DNA from: Actinomycetota bacterium
GTDB lineage: Bacteria > Actinomycetota > Actinomycetes > Mycobacteriales > SCTD01
DNA: 58,225 nucleotides
NCBI GenBank assembly: GCA_019348355.1
Contig: JAHWJP010000004.1
Coordinates: 1 to 58,225 of the forward strand
Direction of reading: 5' to 3'
In this document: positions 17,798 to 26,672 of the stretch, piece after piece
Layout of the letters: each line of letters opens with the position of its first letter
Numbering within the stretch: the stretch's first letter is position 1
Translations under genes and position numbers: made by a program
The notes under the pieces: model-generated
Told to the model about the DNA's origin: nothing
Seen by the model: the letters and a program-made list of their open reading frames with translations, nothing else
Database searches by the model: none

Positions 17798-18463
17798 GTG
17801 CGAGTTCTGGTGGTCGAGGACGAGGTGCCCCTCGCCGACGCTGTCGCCCGCGGATTGCGGCGCGAAGGCATGGCGGTCGACACGGCCTACGACGGGGAGT
17901 CCGGCCTCGAGAAGGCGATGGTCACCCGCTACGACGTCCTGGTGCTGGATCGCGACCTGCCCGGCCGCTCCGGCGACGACATCTGCCGGCGGCTCGCCCG
18001 GGAAGGCTCCCTGACCCGGGTGCTCATGCTGACCGCAGCAGGAACGCTCGAGGATCGGGTCGCCGGGCTCGAGCTCGGCGCCGACGACTACCTCGGCAAG
18101 CCGTTCGCCTTCTCCGAGCTCGTGGCAAGGGTCCGCGCGTTGGGACGGCGGGCCACCCCGGCCTCCCCACCCGTGCTGCACGGGCCGGGCGGTGTGGTGG
18201 TCGACCCGGCGCGGCGCACCGCGACCCGGCACGGTCAGGACCTGGGCCTGACCCGCAAGGAGCTGGGGGTGCTCGAGGTGCTGCTCGCGGCCGAGGGCGC
18301 CGTCGTCTCCAGCGAGGAGCTGCTCGAGCGGGTCTGGGACGAGTTCGCCGACCCGTTCACGACGACGGTGCGGGTGACCGTGATGACGCTGCGCAAGAAG
18401 CTGGGCGAGCCCCGGGTCGTCCACACCGTGGTCGGGGCGGGCTACCGTCTGGCCGAGGACTGA
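17798..18463 (+). CDS. cutR: OmpR-family response regulator, CutR-like
   Basis: VRVLVVEDE...VLDRDLP...GADDYLGKPF...DPFTTTVRVTVMTLRKKLGEP closely resembles Streptomyces CutR. Confidence 0.88.
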   Translation: MRVLVVEDEVPLADAVARGLRREGMAVDTAYDGESGLEKAMVTRYDVLVLDRDLPGRSGDDICRRLAREGSLTRVLMLTAAGTLEDRVAGLELGADDYLGKPFAFSELVARVRALGRRATPASPPVLHGPGGVVVDPARRTATRHGQDLGLTRKELGVLEVLLAAEGAVVSSEELLERVWDEFADPFTTTVRVTVMTLRKKLGEPRVVHTVVGAGYRLAED

Positions 18464-18468
18464 CCGGG

Positions 18469-19626
18469 ATGCTGAAGGCAGAGCAGCGGGCTCCGTCCCG
18501 TACGACCCTGCGCTGGCGGCTGACGCTCGTCTACGGCGCGGTCGCCGTGACCGTCGGCCTGCTGCTGCTGGTGCTGTCCCTCGTGTTGGTCGACCGGGCG
18601 CTGTCGGCCAGCTTCCTCGACATCCGCGGCATCGGCGTGCGCCTGCCCAGCGGCGAGATGCTGACCTTCGGTGCGTTCCAGGACTCGCTGCGCCAGGAGG
18701 CACTCGGTCGCGTCCTGCGCCAGGGGTTGCTGGCCCTCGCGGTGCTGGGCGCGCTCGGTGTCGGGTTGTCGTACTTTCTCGCCGGCCGGGTGCTGCGCCC
18801 GCTGCAGGACATCACCGCGGCCGCGCAGCGGCTGTCGGCCGAGCGGCTCGACGCCCGGATCGCGTTGCCCGGACCGCAGGACGAGCTCAAGCAGCTGGCC
18901 GACACCTTCGACGCCATGCTCGCCCGATTGCAGGCGGCCTTCGAGGCCCAACGCCGGTTCGTCGCCGACGCCAGCCACGAGCTGCGCACCCCGCTTGCCG
19001 TGATGCGTACCGAGATCGACGTGGCACTCGCCGACCCCGATGCGGGCGTCGAGGAGCTGCGCGCCGCCGGGGAGGTCGTGCGCGACGCGAGCATCCGGGC
19101 CGACCGGCTGGTCGACAGCCTGCTGCTGCTGGCCCGCAGCGACCGGCTGCAGGTCGACGGCCTGCCGCTGCGCGAACGGGTCGAGCTGCCCGCCGTCGCC
19201 GAGTCCTCGCTCGCGGCGGTCGCCGGTGAGGTGCGCGAGCGGGAGCTGCGGGTCGAGACGTCCTACGGCCCGGCCGGCGTGCTCGGCGATCGCGGCCTGC
19301 TCGAGCGGCTCGCGGGCAACCTGGTCGAGAACGCCGTCCGCCACAACGTCGTCGGCGGTTGGGTACGGGTGGACACCTGCACCGTGGCGGGTCGGGCCCG
19401 GCTGGCGGTGTCGAGCTCCGGCGCCGTGGTGCCGCCGGAGGAGGTCGCCGGGCTGTTCGAGCCGTTCCGCCGGCACGGCACGGCACGTACCGCCCGCCGC
19501 GGCGCTGGCCTCGGCCTGTCCATCGTGCGCGCCGTCGCGCAGGTCCACGGCGGGACGGCGACGGCCGCCGCTCACCATCCCGACGGTGGGCTGACCGTGA
19601 CGGTGGACCTGCCTCGCAGCCCCTGA
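18469..19626 (+). CDS. cutS: HAMP sensor histidine kinase, CutS-like
   Basis: 2 TM, HAMP, ASHELRTP H-box, NLVENA, GAGLGLSIV. Confidence 0.88.
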   Translation: MLKAEQRAPSRTTLRWRLTLVYGAVAVTVGLLLLVLSLVLVDRALSASFLDIRGIGVRLPSGEMLTFGAFQDSLRQEALGRVLRQGLLALAVLGALGVGLSYFLAGRVLRPLQDITAAAQRLSAERLDARIALPGPQDELKQLADTFDAMLARLQAAFEAQRRFVADASHELRTPLAVMRTEIDVALADPDAGVEELRAAGEVVRDASIRADRLVDSLLLLARSDRLQVDGLPLRERVELPAVAESSLAAVAGEVRERELRVETSYGPAGVLGDRGLLERLAGNLVENAVRHNVVGGWVRVDTCTVAGRARLAVSSSGAVVPPEEVAGLFEPFRRHGTARTARRGAGLGLSIVRAVAQVHGGTATAAAHHPDGGLTVTVDLPRSP

Positions 19627-19640
19627 ACAGGCCACCTCGG

Positions 19641-19770
19641 CATAGTCCGTTCTGACCCTTCGCCCCGGAAAGGGCTTCGCCGGCACTGCGCCGGACGCAC
19701 GATGACAGTCCAGTGGGTGGCTGTGCTCCGAGGGGGAGCGCAGTCACCCACTGCCAGGCTCGCGAGACTG
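19641..19770 (+). ncRNA. Candidate structured RNA containing a 19-bp hairpin (19711-19753); may only be a terminator
   Basis: Stems GTCCG/CGGAC, CCCTT/AAGGG and CAGTC/GACTG, plus a hairpin whose two non-Watson-Crick pairs are G-U on the + strand. Confidence 0.4.
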
Positions 19771-19772
19771 CC

Positions 19773-21389
19773 TCAGGCGGTACGCCGGCGCGCCGCCCCG
19801 GCCGCCGCGACCAGCAGCAGGGCGGCAAGGGCGAGCAGGGCGGAGGGGCCGGTGGCCGGAAGCCGGGCACCGGACGCCGGCGCGGTGGCCGGCGGGGCGG
19901 CGAGCGGCCCGGCGGCACGTGGCGGTGGGGCCGGCACCCCGGCAACCGGTCCGGCGACCGGGAAGGGGTCCATCGGTGCAGCCGAGGCGGAGAACGGCCA
20001 GACGCCGTTGGTGAAACGCACGATGTGGAAGCCGGTTTCCTGCCCGCTCACCCACATCTCGGCGCGCTCGGGCACGAAGGCGACGGTCGAGCCTGTGTGC
20101 AGGCACGGGCACGTGCCCCTGCCCTCGATCGCGCTGTCCTGCCCGGCCGGCGGGCTGAAGTAGGCGATCTCCCGGGGCGCGACCGGGTCGCGGATGTCGA
20201 AGACGCGGACCCCTGAGCGCAGCATGCTGCAGGCGACGATCCCCGGCTCGACGAGCTGCGGCACGCTGCAGAAGTGGCCGCTGTAGGGCCCCCCGAGCAG
20301 CGCCGAGGTGTCCCCCGCGACCGTCGCCCTGTTCTCCGGGTCGTGCACCTGCAGCCGCAGCTCGGACACCACCCGCGGCGAACGCGGGTCGCTCACGTCG
20401 AGAAGCCGGGAGGCGCCGACGTCACCGTCCCCGAGGTAGTCGAAGAACTCGTCGTTCTCGATCACGTACGGCCGGCCGCCGATCGTCACCGGGATCGTCG
20501 ACTGCGGGATGCTGATGTTGGGCCAGCTGACCTTGCCGAGCACCTCGAAGCCGGCGCCCGGAAGCAGGACCGGGCCGAGCGCGCGCGACTGGATGGCGCT
20601 GACGTCGTACACGACCAGGCCGGCGTCGGGACCGTAGGCGACCGCGTCGTACAGCGTGTTGCCGTCGGCGCTGACCGACATGCCGTGCGAGGGCACCTCG
20701 GTGCTGGCGATCGGCGTCGGCAGCGCCGGGTTGCTCAGGTCGACCGCGGTCAGCGTGTCGCCGATCGTCGAGCCGACGTAGTAGGTCCGGCCGTCGGGGG
20801 ACAGGCTGCCCTCGTGGCCGAGGATCCCGCCGAGGTTCACCGAGGCCAGGAGTCTGGGTCGCCGGCAGTCGGTCGCGATGTCGTAGACGTCCAGCGTGCC
20901 GGGCAGGGTGGCGGCGTTGCCGACCGCCGCGACGAGCAGACCGCGCCCGGGGTGCAGGTCCAGCGACTCGTGCGGGGAGAGCATCCCAGGAGTACGCAGG
21001 AAGGCGGTCTCGACCGGAGCGGTCGGGTCGCTCACGTCCAGGACCCGGGTCCCCGCGTCCAGCGGCGTCGTCGCGATGGCGAGCGGAAGTCCGCCGGGTT
21101 CGCCGTTGTAGTAGGCGCAATCGCCGTACCGCAGCACCCGCCAGCCGGCGCTGCTCGGGAACCGCCCGATCTCCTCGGTGTTGCAGGTGTATCCCTGTGC
21201 CGCGCGCCCGCTGGCGACGTCAGCCGGCGGGATGCGGCCCTGCAGGTCGGTCTCCGGCAGCGAGCCCGGCCCGCACTCCGCCACGGGGACCGCAGCGGCC
21301 GGTGCCGCCCGAGCGCTGGTGACGGCCGCCGGTGGCAGCAGGAGCAGCGCTGCGGTGACCAGGACCAGGCGGGCGCGGGCGGCGGACAG
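19773..21389 (-). CDS. Secreted LVIVD-repeat (beta-propeller-like) protein with LPXTG-type sorting signal
   Basis: Repeats VLDVSDP, VYDIAT, AVDLSNP, LLDVSDP, VFDIRDP; C-terminal LPATG + hydrophobic helix + RRR; signal peptide encoded upstream of the track start, from CTG 21389. Confidence 0.82.
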   Translation of the reverse strand: MSAARARLVLVTAALLLLPPAAVTSARAAPAAAVPVAECGPGSLPETDLQGRIPPADVASGRAAQGYTCNTEEIGRFPSSAGWRVLRYGDCAYYNGEPGGLPLAIATTPLDAGTRVLDVSDPTAPVETAFLRTPGMLSPHESLDLHPGRGLLVAAVGNAATLPGTLDVYDIATDCRRPRLLASVNLGGILGHEGSLSPDGRTYYVGSTIGDTLTAVDLSNPALPTPIASTEVPSHGMSVSADGNTLYDAVAYGPDAGLVVYDVSAIQSRALGPVLLPGAGFEVLGKVSWPNISIPQSTIPVTIGGRPYVIENDEFFDYLGDGDVGASRLLDVSDPRSPRVVSELRLQVHDPENRATVAGDTSALLGGPYSGHFCSVPQLVEPGIVACSMLRSGVRVFDIRDPVAPREIAYFSPPAGQDSAIEGRGTCPCLHTGSTVAFVPERAEMWVSGQETGFHIVRFTNGVWPFSASAAPMDPFPVAGPVAGVPAPPPRAAGPLAAPPATAPASGARLPATGPSALLALAALLLVAAAGAARRRTA

Positions 21390-21426
21390 CGGAACTCCTT
21401 GCTCGGGCGACGGTCCAGCCTACGGC

Positions 21427-21945
21427 TCAGCAGACGTGCCGGCCGGCGATCCGGCGGAACGCGGGGGCCGAGCCGGGCGCGGCGCGGGCGAACAGCAGGT
21501 GACCCGTCGAGCCGCCGTCGACCTCGAGGAAGCCCAGCCGACAGAGCAGCCGGCGCGACGCCTCGTTGCCGGGCCGGACCTCGGCGGTGAGCCGGCGTAC
21601 ACCGGGTCCCCGCTCCAGCACTGCGCAGAGCGCGCCGACCGCCTCGGTCCCGTAACCCTGTCCGCGGGCCGGGGTGACGAGCCGGTAGCCCAGCTCCTGA
21701 TCACCGTCGGGACTGAGGGCCCCGGCGACGCCGAGCGTGCCGATCGGCCGGCCGTCGTGCTCCAGCAGATAGGTGTGGCGGGCGTCGGCGTCCTCGGTAG
21801 CGGCGGTCCGGGCAAGCAGGTCGAGGTCGTCCGGGCCCGGAAAGCCCCGGCCGGACGGTGCAGCGAGCAGGCCGCGGGCGAGCGCCGGCGTCAGGGGCCG
21901 CAGCACCAGCCGCTCGGTGTAGAGGACGGTGTCAGGCACCCTCAT
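21427..21945 (-). CDS. GNAT N-acetyltransferase, RimJ/RimL family
   Basis: TERLVLRP, ELGY, RGQGYGTEA, NEASRRLLCRLGF. Confidence 0.88.
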   Translation of the reverse strand: MRVPDTVLYTERLVLRPLTPALARGLLAAPSGRGFPGPDDLDLLARTAATEDADARHTYLLEHDGRPIGTLGVAGALSPDGDQELGYRLVTPARGQGYGTEAVGALCAVLERGPGVRRLTAEVRPGNEASRRLLCRLGFLEVDGGSTGHLLFARAAPGSAPAFRRIAGRHVC

Positions 21946-23230
21946 CCCCTGCAAGGGGCGTGTCGGCCGCGCCGGCGTCCACCGCGACCGGGTCCGGGTC
22001 CGGCAGCACCTCGGCGAGGCGCGCCGCGACGGTGTGCACCTGCCAGGGCCGGGCCCCGCTCGCGCGCAGCCTGGCCGCCACCGACTGCTCGGTCGGGGCG
22101 GCCGGGGGCGTCCACGCCAGTCGCCTCAGTGCCTCGGGTTGGACGAGGTTCTCCGGTGGCAGGCGCAGTTGCGCGGCGAGGTCGTTCACCACCGCCCGGA
22201 CCCGCGCAAGGCGCTTGGCGGCAACAGGGTCGCGCTCGGCCCAGCGGTTCGCCGCCGGTGGCCCGTCCCCGTTCGACACCGGAAGGGGGAGCTGGTCGTC
22301 GGTCAGGGCGGCGGCCAGCTGCAGTGCGCGAAACCAGGTGTCGACGTGTCGCCGGGTGGAGCGGCCGCGAAAGACCGGGACCTCCAGCAGGGCAGCGGCA
22401 CTGGCCGGCGCTGCGGTGACCGCGGCGATGATGGCGGCGTCGGGCAGGATGCGTCCGGGAGCGGTGTCGCGACGGCGGGCCATGGCATCGCGCGCCTCCC
22501 ACATCGACCGCACCGCTGCCAGCTGGCGGCGCGAGCGCAACCGATGGATCCCGGACGTGCGACGCCACGGGTCGGTGCGCGGCTCAACCGCGGGCGCGAC
22601 GCGTACGGCTTCGAACTCCTCGTGGGCCAGCTCCAGCTTGCCCTGCGTGCGCAGCTCGTCCTCCAGGGCGTCGCGCAGTTCGAGCAGCACCTCGACGTCG
22701 AGTGCGGCGTAGACCAGCCAGGTGTCGGGCAGCGGCCGGGTCGACCAGTCGGCGGCGGAGTGGCCCTTCTCGAGGCGCAGGCCGAGGACGTTCTCGACCA
22801 TGGCTCCGAGGCCGACCCGCTCGAAACCCGCCAGCCGACCGGCGAGCTCGGTGTCGAAGATCCGGGCAGGCGCCAGCCCCACCTCGATGAGGCAGGCGAG
22901 ATCCTGGCTCGCGGCGTGCAGCACCCACTCGTCGTCCTGCAGGACAGCCGACAGCTGCGACAGGTCGGGACAGCCAATCGGGTCGATCAGCGCCGACCCC
23001 GCACCGGCCCGGCGCAGCTGCACCAGGTAGGCCCGTTGGGAGTAGCGGTAGCCCGAGGCCCGCTCCGCGTCGACAGCGATCGGACCGGTTCCCGCGGCGA
23101 AGCGGACGACGACCTCGGCGAGCGCCGCGGCTGTCTCGGTGACCGGGGGTACCCCACCACGCGGGGTGAGCAGCAGCTCGACCTCGGGGTCGGCCGTCGA
23201 GGCGAGGGGAGCAGCAGCCTGGCCGGCCAC
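21932..23230 (-). CDS. rnd: Ribonuclease D with HRDC domain
   Basis: AVDAERASGYRY, LHAASQD, FDTELAGRL, DWSTRPLP, YAALDVE; GTG start after GGGAGG. Confidence 0.93.
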   Translation of the reverse strand: MAGQAAAPLASTADPEVELLLTPRGGVPPVTETAAALAEVVVRFAAGTGPIAVDAERASGYRYSQRAYLVQLRRAGAGSALIDPIGCPDLSQLSAVLQDDEWVLHAASQDLACLIEVGLAPARIFDTELAGRLAGFERVGLGAMVENVLGLRLEKGHSAADWSTRPLPDTWLVYAALDVEVLLELRDALEDELRTQGKLELAHEEFEAVRVAPAVEPRTDPWRRTSGIHRLRSRRQLAAVRSMWEARDAMARRRDTAPGRILPDAAIIAAVTAAPASAAALLEVPVFRGRSTRRHVDTWFRALQLAAALTDDQLPLPVSNGDGPPAANRWAERDPVAAKRLARVRAVVNDLAAQLRLPPENLVQPEALRRLAWTPPAAPTEQSVAARLRASGARPWQVHTVAARLAEVLPDPDPVAVDAGAADTPLAGDEGA

Positions 23231-23329
23231 AGCCTCCCCGTGACCCTGCCGAATCGATGTCACAGTTCGGAGATTACGCGCGAGCTCCACTCAACGGGCG
23301 AAAATGTGCAACAGCGCGCTGTCGGGTCG

Positions 23330-24025
23330 TCAGCGGATGGCCCCTGCACGCATCGTCATGGCGACCATCTCGGCGCGGTCCCCCGTGCCGAGCTTGCGGG
23401 CGATCCGGGCCAGGTGGCTCTTGACGGTCAGTGCCGACAGGCCCAGCAGTCCCCCGATCTGCTTGTTGGACTGGCCGTCTGCGACCAGCCGCAGCACCTC
23501 CACCTCGCGACCGGACAACTCCCTGACCCCGGAGTCCAGCGGCCCGCCGCGCAGCCCCGCGGCCAGCAGGGACGCGACCGACGGGTCGGCGTAGACCGCA
23601 CCGTCGAGCACCCGGCGCACCCCGTCGGCGAGGACCAGCGGTGAGGCGGACTTCAGCAGGTAGCCCTGGGCTCCGGCGACGAAGGCGGCGCGCACGGAGT
23701 AGGGGTCGTCGGCGGCTGACAGGACCACCAGGTGCTGCCAGCCGGCGGCCCGCAGGTCGGCGAGCAGGTCCAGGCCGCTGCCGTCCGGCAGGCCCAGGTC
23801 GAGCAGGCACAGCTCGCGCGGACCGGAGTGCCGGGCGCGCGCCCGGGCCTCGCCGAGCGTTGCCGCCTCGACCACCTCGGTGGCACCGAGCAGCCGGAGC
23901 CGCGCCACCATCGACTCGCGGATCACCGGGTGGTCGTCGACGACCATCGCGGTGAACGCGCGTGACGGCGGGCTGCCGCCCTGCAGCGGGATGCTCTGCA
24001 TGGCGCTGCCAAGACCGGTTGTCAC
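23330..24025 (-). CDS. NarL/LuxR-family response regulator
   Basis: VVDDHP, LLDLGLPDG, YLLKS, HTH LSGREVEVLRLVADGQSNKQIG; GTG start after GGAGG. Confidence 0.92.
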   Translation of the reverse strand: MTTGLGSAMQSIPLQGGSPPSRAFTAMVVDDHPVIRESMVARLRLLGATEVVEAATLGEARARARHSGPRELCLLDLGLPDGSGLDLLADLRAAGWQHLVVLSAADDPYSVRAAFVAGAQGYLLKSASPLVLADGVRRVLDGAVYADPSVASLLAAGLRGGPLDSGVRELSGREVEVLRLVADGQSNKQIGGLLGLSALTVKSHLARIARKLGTGDRAEMVAMTMRAGAIR

Positions 24026-24224
24026 CGTTGCCTCCGCGTGTCTACTGGGTTCGTGCGGCAGCGGCCAGGAAGAAGCCGCCGTTCTCGTGCTGATGCTTCG
24101 GCCGCTGTGGTCACGTCCTGTAGCCCCGCTCCGTGTCACTGGGCCGAAAGGAGCAGCAAGGCTCCACCTGGGTCAGTCGGCTGCCGATGGGGGACAGCAG
24201 CCCCCGTCGTGCAAGGAGTCCACC

Positions 24225-25556
24225 GTGCCGAGAGCCGCGCAGGCCGTCCGCCTGCTCGCCGGTCTCGGCCTGCTGTTCGCCCTGTCGGTGTCCCTGGCGA
24301 CCGGCTGGGGATCCCTGCCGTTCTGGTACGTCCCGCTGCTGGCGCTCGCGGTCGCCGCCTCGCAGCTGGCCGCTGTCCACCTCCAGCGCGGCGGCCATCG
24401 TTGGACCTTCTCGCTGACCGAGAGCGCCCTCGCCGCCGCCCTGGTGCTGGGCCCCGGCGCCTGGACGGTGCTGGCCGTCGGCGCCGGCGTCGCCCTCGCC
24501 CAGACCGTCCGGCACCAGCCGCGACACAAGCGGGAGTACGACGTGGCGCAGCTGGTCGTCGCGACCGCACTCGCCCAGGCGCTCGCTGGATCCCTTGACG
24601 GCGGGCTGCTCGCGGCCGGCGCCGGCATGGCGGTCTTCTGGTTGGTCAACGACGTGCTGGTGGCCCTCGCCGTGTCGCTCACCTCCTCGCGACCGTTCCA
24701 CTCGCTCGTCGTCTCGGGCGCACCGCGGTCGGCGCTGCGTACGGCGGGCAGCTGCTCGATCGGCCTGCTGGCCGGATATCTGGTTCTCGAGGCTCCGGTG
24801 GGACTGTTCGGCCTGCTCGTGCCGCTCGCGCTGCTCTGGTCGTCCTACGGCCAGCAGAGCTCCCGCAGCGCCGAGGTCCGGCTGTTCGCCGAGCTGGCCC
24901 GCGGCCAGGAACGCGAGAGCGAACGCTCCTTCGACTCCTCCGCGCAGGTCGTCGTCACGGCAGCCGCCCGGCTGCTCGGTGGCGCCGACGTGGAGCTGGT
25001 GCTGCTCGCCGCCGACGGTCCGGTCTGCTACGCCGGTGACGAGACCGGTGTGCTCGAACGACGGCGGGTGGGCTCGGCGATCTTCGACGAGCCGTGGGTG
25101 ATGAAGGCACTCGGCGAGCGGGGCCCGAGCCTCGGACGTGAGGCGAGCCGGCCGTACGTCAGTGCGGTCCTGGGTCGGTCCGTCAGCCCGCGTGCGGTGC
25201 TGCGAGCCCGGCGCACCGCCGGCGCGACTGCCTTCGACCGCAACGAGCTGCGCCTCACCGAGGTGCTGATCGCACAGGCCGAGTCCTGGCTGTCGGTCGC
25301 GGAGCCGGCGGACCGGTCGCAGGACGCGGCGCCGGCGCTGATGCTGCTGAGCGAGTCCGCACGGCGGCTGGCGCACCTCGCCGAGTCCACCGGCGCCGTG
25401 GGCGACATCGTCGACGAGCTGCATCTCGTGGAGCAGGCCGTCGCCTGCCTGCTCGGCGCGACGGCCCTGTCCGGAACCAGGCCGCCTCCGGCCGTTGCGC
25501 GAGCAGTGCCGCCGAGGCCGCAGGCGGGCTGGACGAGCACGGGCGTGCTGTCGTGA
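24225..25556 (+). CDS. Multi-pass membrane protein with a C-terminal GAF-like domain and no output domain
   Basis: About 7 hydrophobic segments, then AAARLLGGADVELVL...FDRNELRLTEVLIAQA; AAGGAG RBS before GTG 24225. Confidence 0.75.
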   Translation: MPRAAQAVRLLAGLGLLFALSVSLATGWGSLPFWYVPLLALAVAASQLAAVHLQRGGHRWTFSLTESALAAALVLGPGAWTVLAVGAGVALAQTVRHQPRHKREYDVAQLVVATALAQALAGSLDGGLLAAGAGMAVFWLVNDVLVALAVSLTSSRPFHSLVVSGAPRSALRTAGSCSIGLLAGYLVLEAPVGLFGLLVPLALLWSSYGQQSSRSAEVRLFAELARGQERESERSFDSSAQVVVTAAARLLGGADVELVLLAADGPVCYAGDETGVLERRRVGSAIFDEPWVMKALGERGPSLGREASRPYVSAVLGRSVSPRAVLRARRTAGATAFDRNELRLTEVLIAQAESWLSVAEPADRSQDAAPALMLLSESARRLAHLAESTGAVGDIVDELHLVEQAVACLLGATALSGTRPPPAVARAVPPRPQAGWTSTGVLS

Positions 25557-26662
25557 CGGCGCTGCCCGCCGTGGGCCGCAGGCGGGCCTCGTTGCCGCTC
25601 GCCGTGTGGGCTGGCCTGTGGTGCGCCGGAAGCGTGCTCGCGACCGTAGGGATCTCGGCCGCGGTACTGCAGGCGCTCGGGAGGATGGACGGGACAGCGT
25701 TGGGGGCACTGGCGGCCGGTGCCGTGGTCGGGCTGCTGCTGTGTCTCGGCGCAGTGACCGGCGCCGCCCGGCTCGCCGCGGCCTTGCGCAGCTTGCACGC
25801 CGACGCCGAGCTGCGGCTGCGCGAGCCGTCCGCGCCTCTCGGCCGACCCGCCAACCGGCAGGCGACCGTGCGGGCGACGAGCGAGCTGGTAGAGCTGGCC
25901 CAGATCCTGTCGGCGCTGCACCTGCGGGTGCGCGTGGCCGACGATCTTGGCGAACGGCATCGGGTCACGGCGCAGACCGCGGGCGCCGGCGTCGTCGAGC
26001 TGCTGTCCGGCCTCGTGGCGGCCGAGGAGGGCGCCCGCGGTCAGCTGGCCGCCGACCTGCACGACACGGTCGCCCAGTCGCTCATGATCGCCCGCGGGCT
26101 GCTGCACGCCAACCCGACCAGCCCGGCGGACCTCGCGACACTGAGTGACTACGTCGAGGACGCCGAGGAACAGGTGCGCGCGGTGATGGCCCGCACCCGG
26201 CCACCGGCCCTGCAGGAGGGCGACCTGGCCGCGGCGGTCGTCGGGCTGCGCCTCGACCTGCAGGCGCGTTACGGCCTGCGGGTGCACTTGCAGTGGCCCG
26301 AGTCGGCGCATCCACTGCCGCTGGCCGCCGCGGTCACGCTCTACCGCTTCTTCCAGGAGGCGCTGCTGAACGTCGTCAAGCACGCCGAGGTGGACGACGC
26401 CACCGTCTGCCTCGAGGTCACCGGGGACGTTGTGCTCGCGAGCGTGCGCGACGAGGGGCCTGGCTTCGACCCCTCAGCCGTCTGCCCGGACCGTGGGCGG
26501 CACGTCGGGCTCGGCCTGCTGCGGGAACGGGCTCGACTGGCCGGCGGCGCCCTCGAGGTGCAGAGCCGGCCCGGGGCGGGGGCGGTGCTGCGGCTATGGC
26601 TGCCGCTGTCCCCGGGCGTGCCCGCGGTGCCTGAACAGCGTGACCGGACGCCGCTGTCCTGA
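25553..26662 (+). CDS. HisKA_3 (NarX-type) sensor histidine kinase
   Basis: 2 TM, LAADLHDTVAQSL H-box, QEALLNVVKHA, DEGPGF, GLGLLRERA; GTGA overlap with the upstream gene. Confidence 0.9.
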   Translation: MTALPAVGRRRASLPLAVWAGLWCAGSVLATVGISAAVLQALGRMDGTALGALAAGAVVGLLLCLGAVTGAARLAAALRSLHADAELRLREPSAPLGRPANRQATVRATSELVELAQILSALHLRVRVADDLGERHRVTAQTAGAGVVELLSGLVAAEEGARGQLAADLHDTVAQSLMIARGLLHANPTSPADLATLSDYVEDAEEQVRAVMARTRPPALQEGDLAAAVVGLRLDLQARYGLRVHLQWPESAHPLPLAAAVTLYRFFQEALLNVVKHAEVDDATVCLEVTGDVVLASVRDEGPGFDPSAVCPDRGRHVGLGLLRERARLAGGALEVQSRPGAGAVLRLWLPLSPGVPAVPEQRDRTPLS

Positions 26663-26672
26663 GCGGGCTGCC

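Noticed and set aside
19641-19700. Hammerhead ribozyme (CTGA...GAAA)
   Set aside because: Lacks the CUGANGA core and a suitable stem arrangement.
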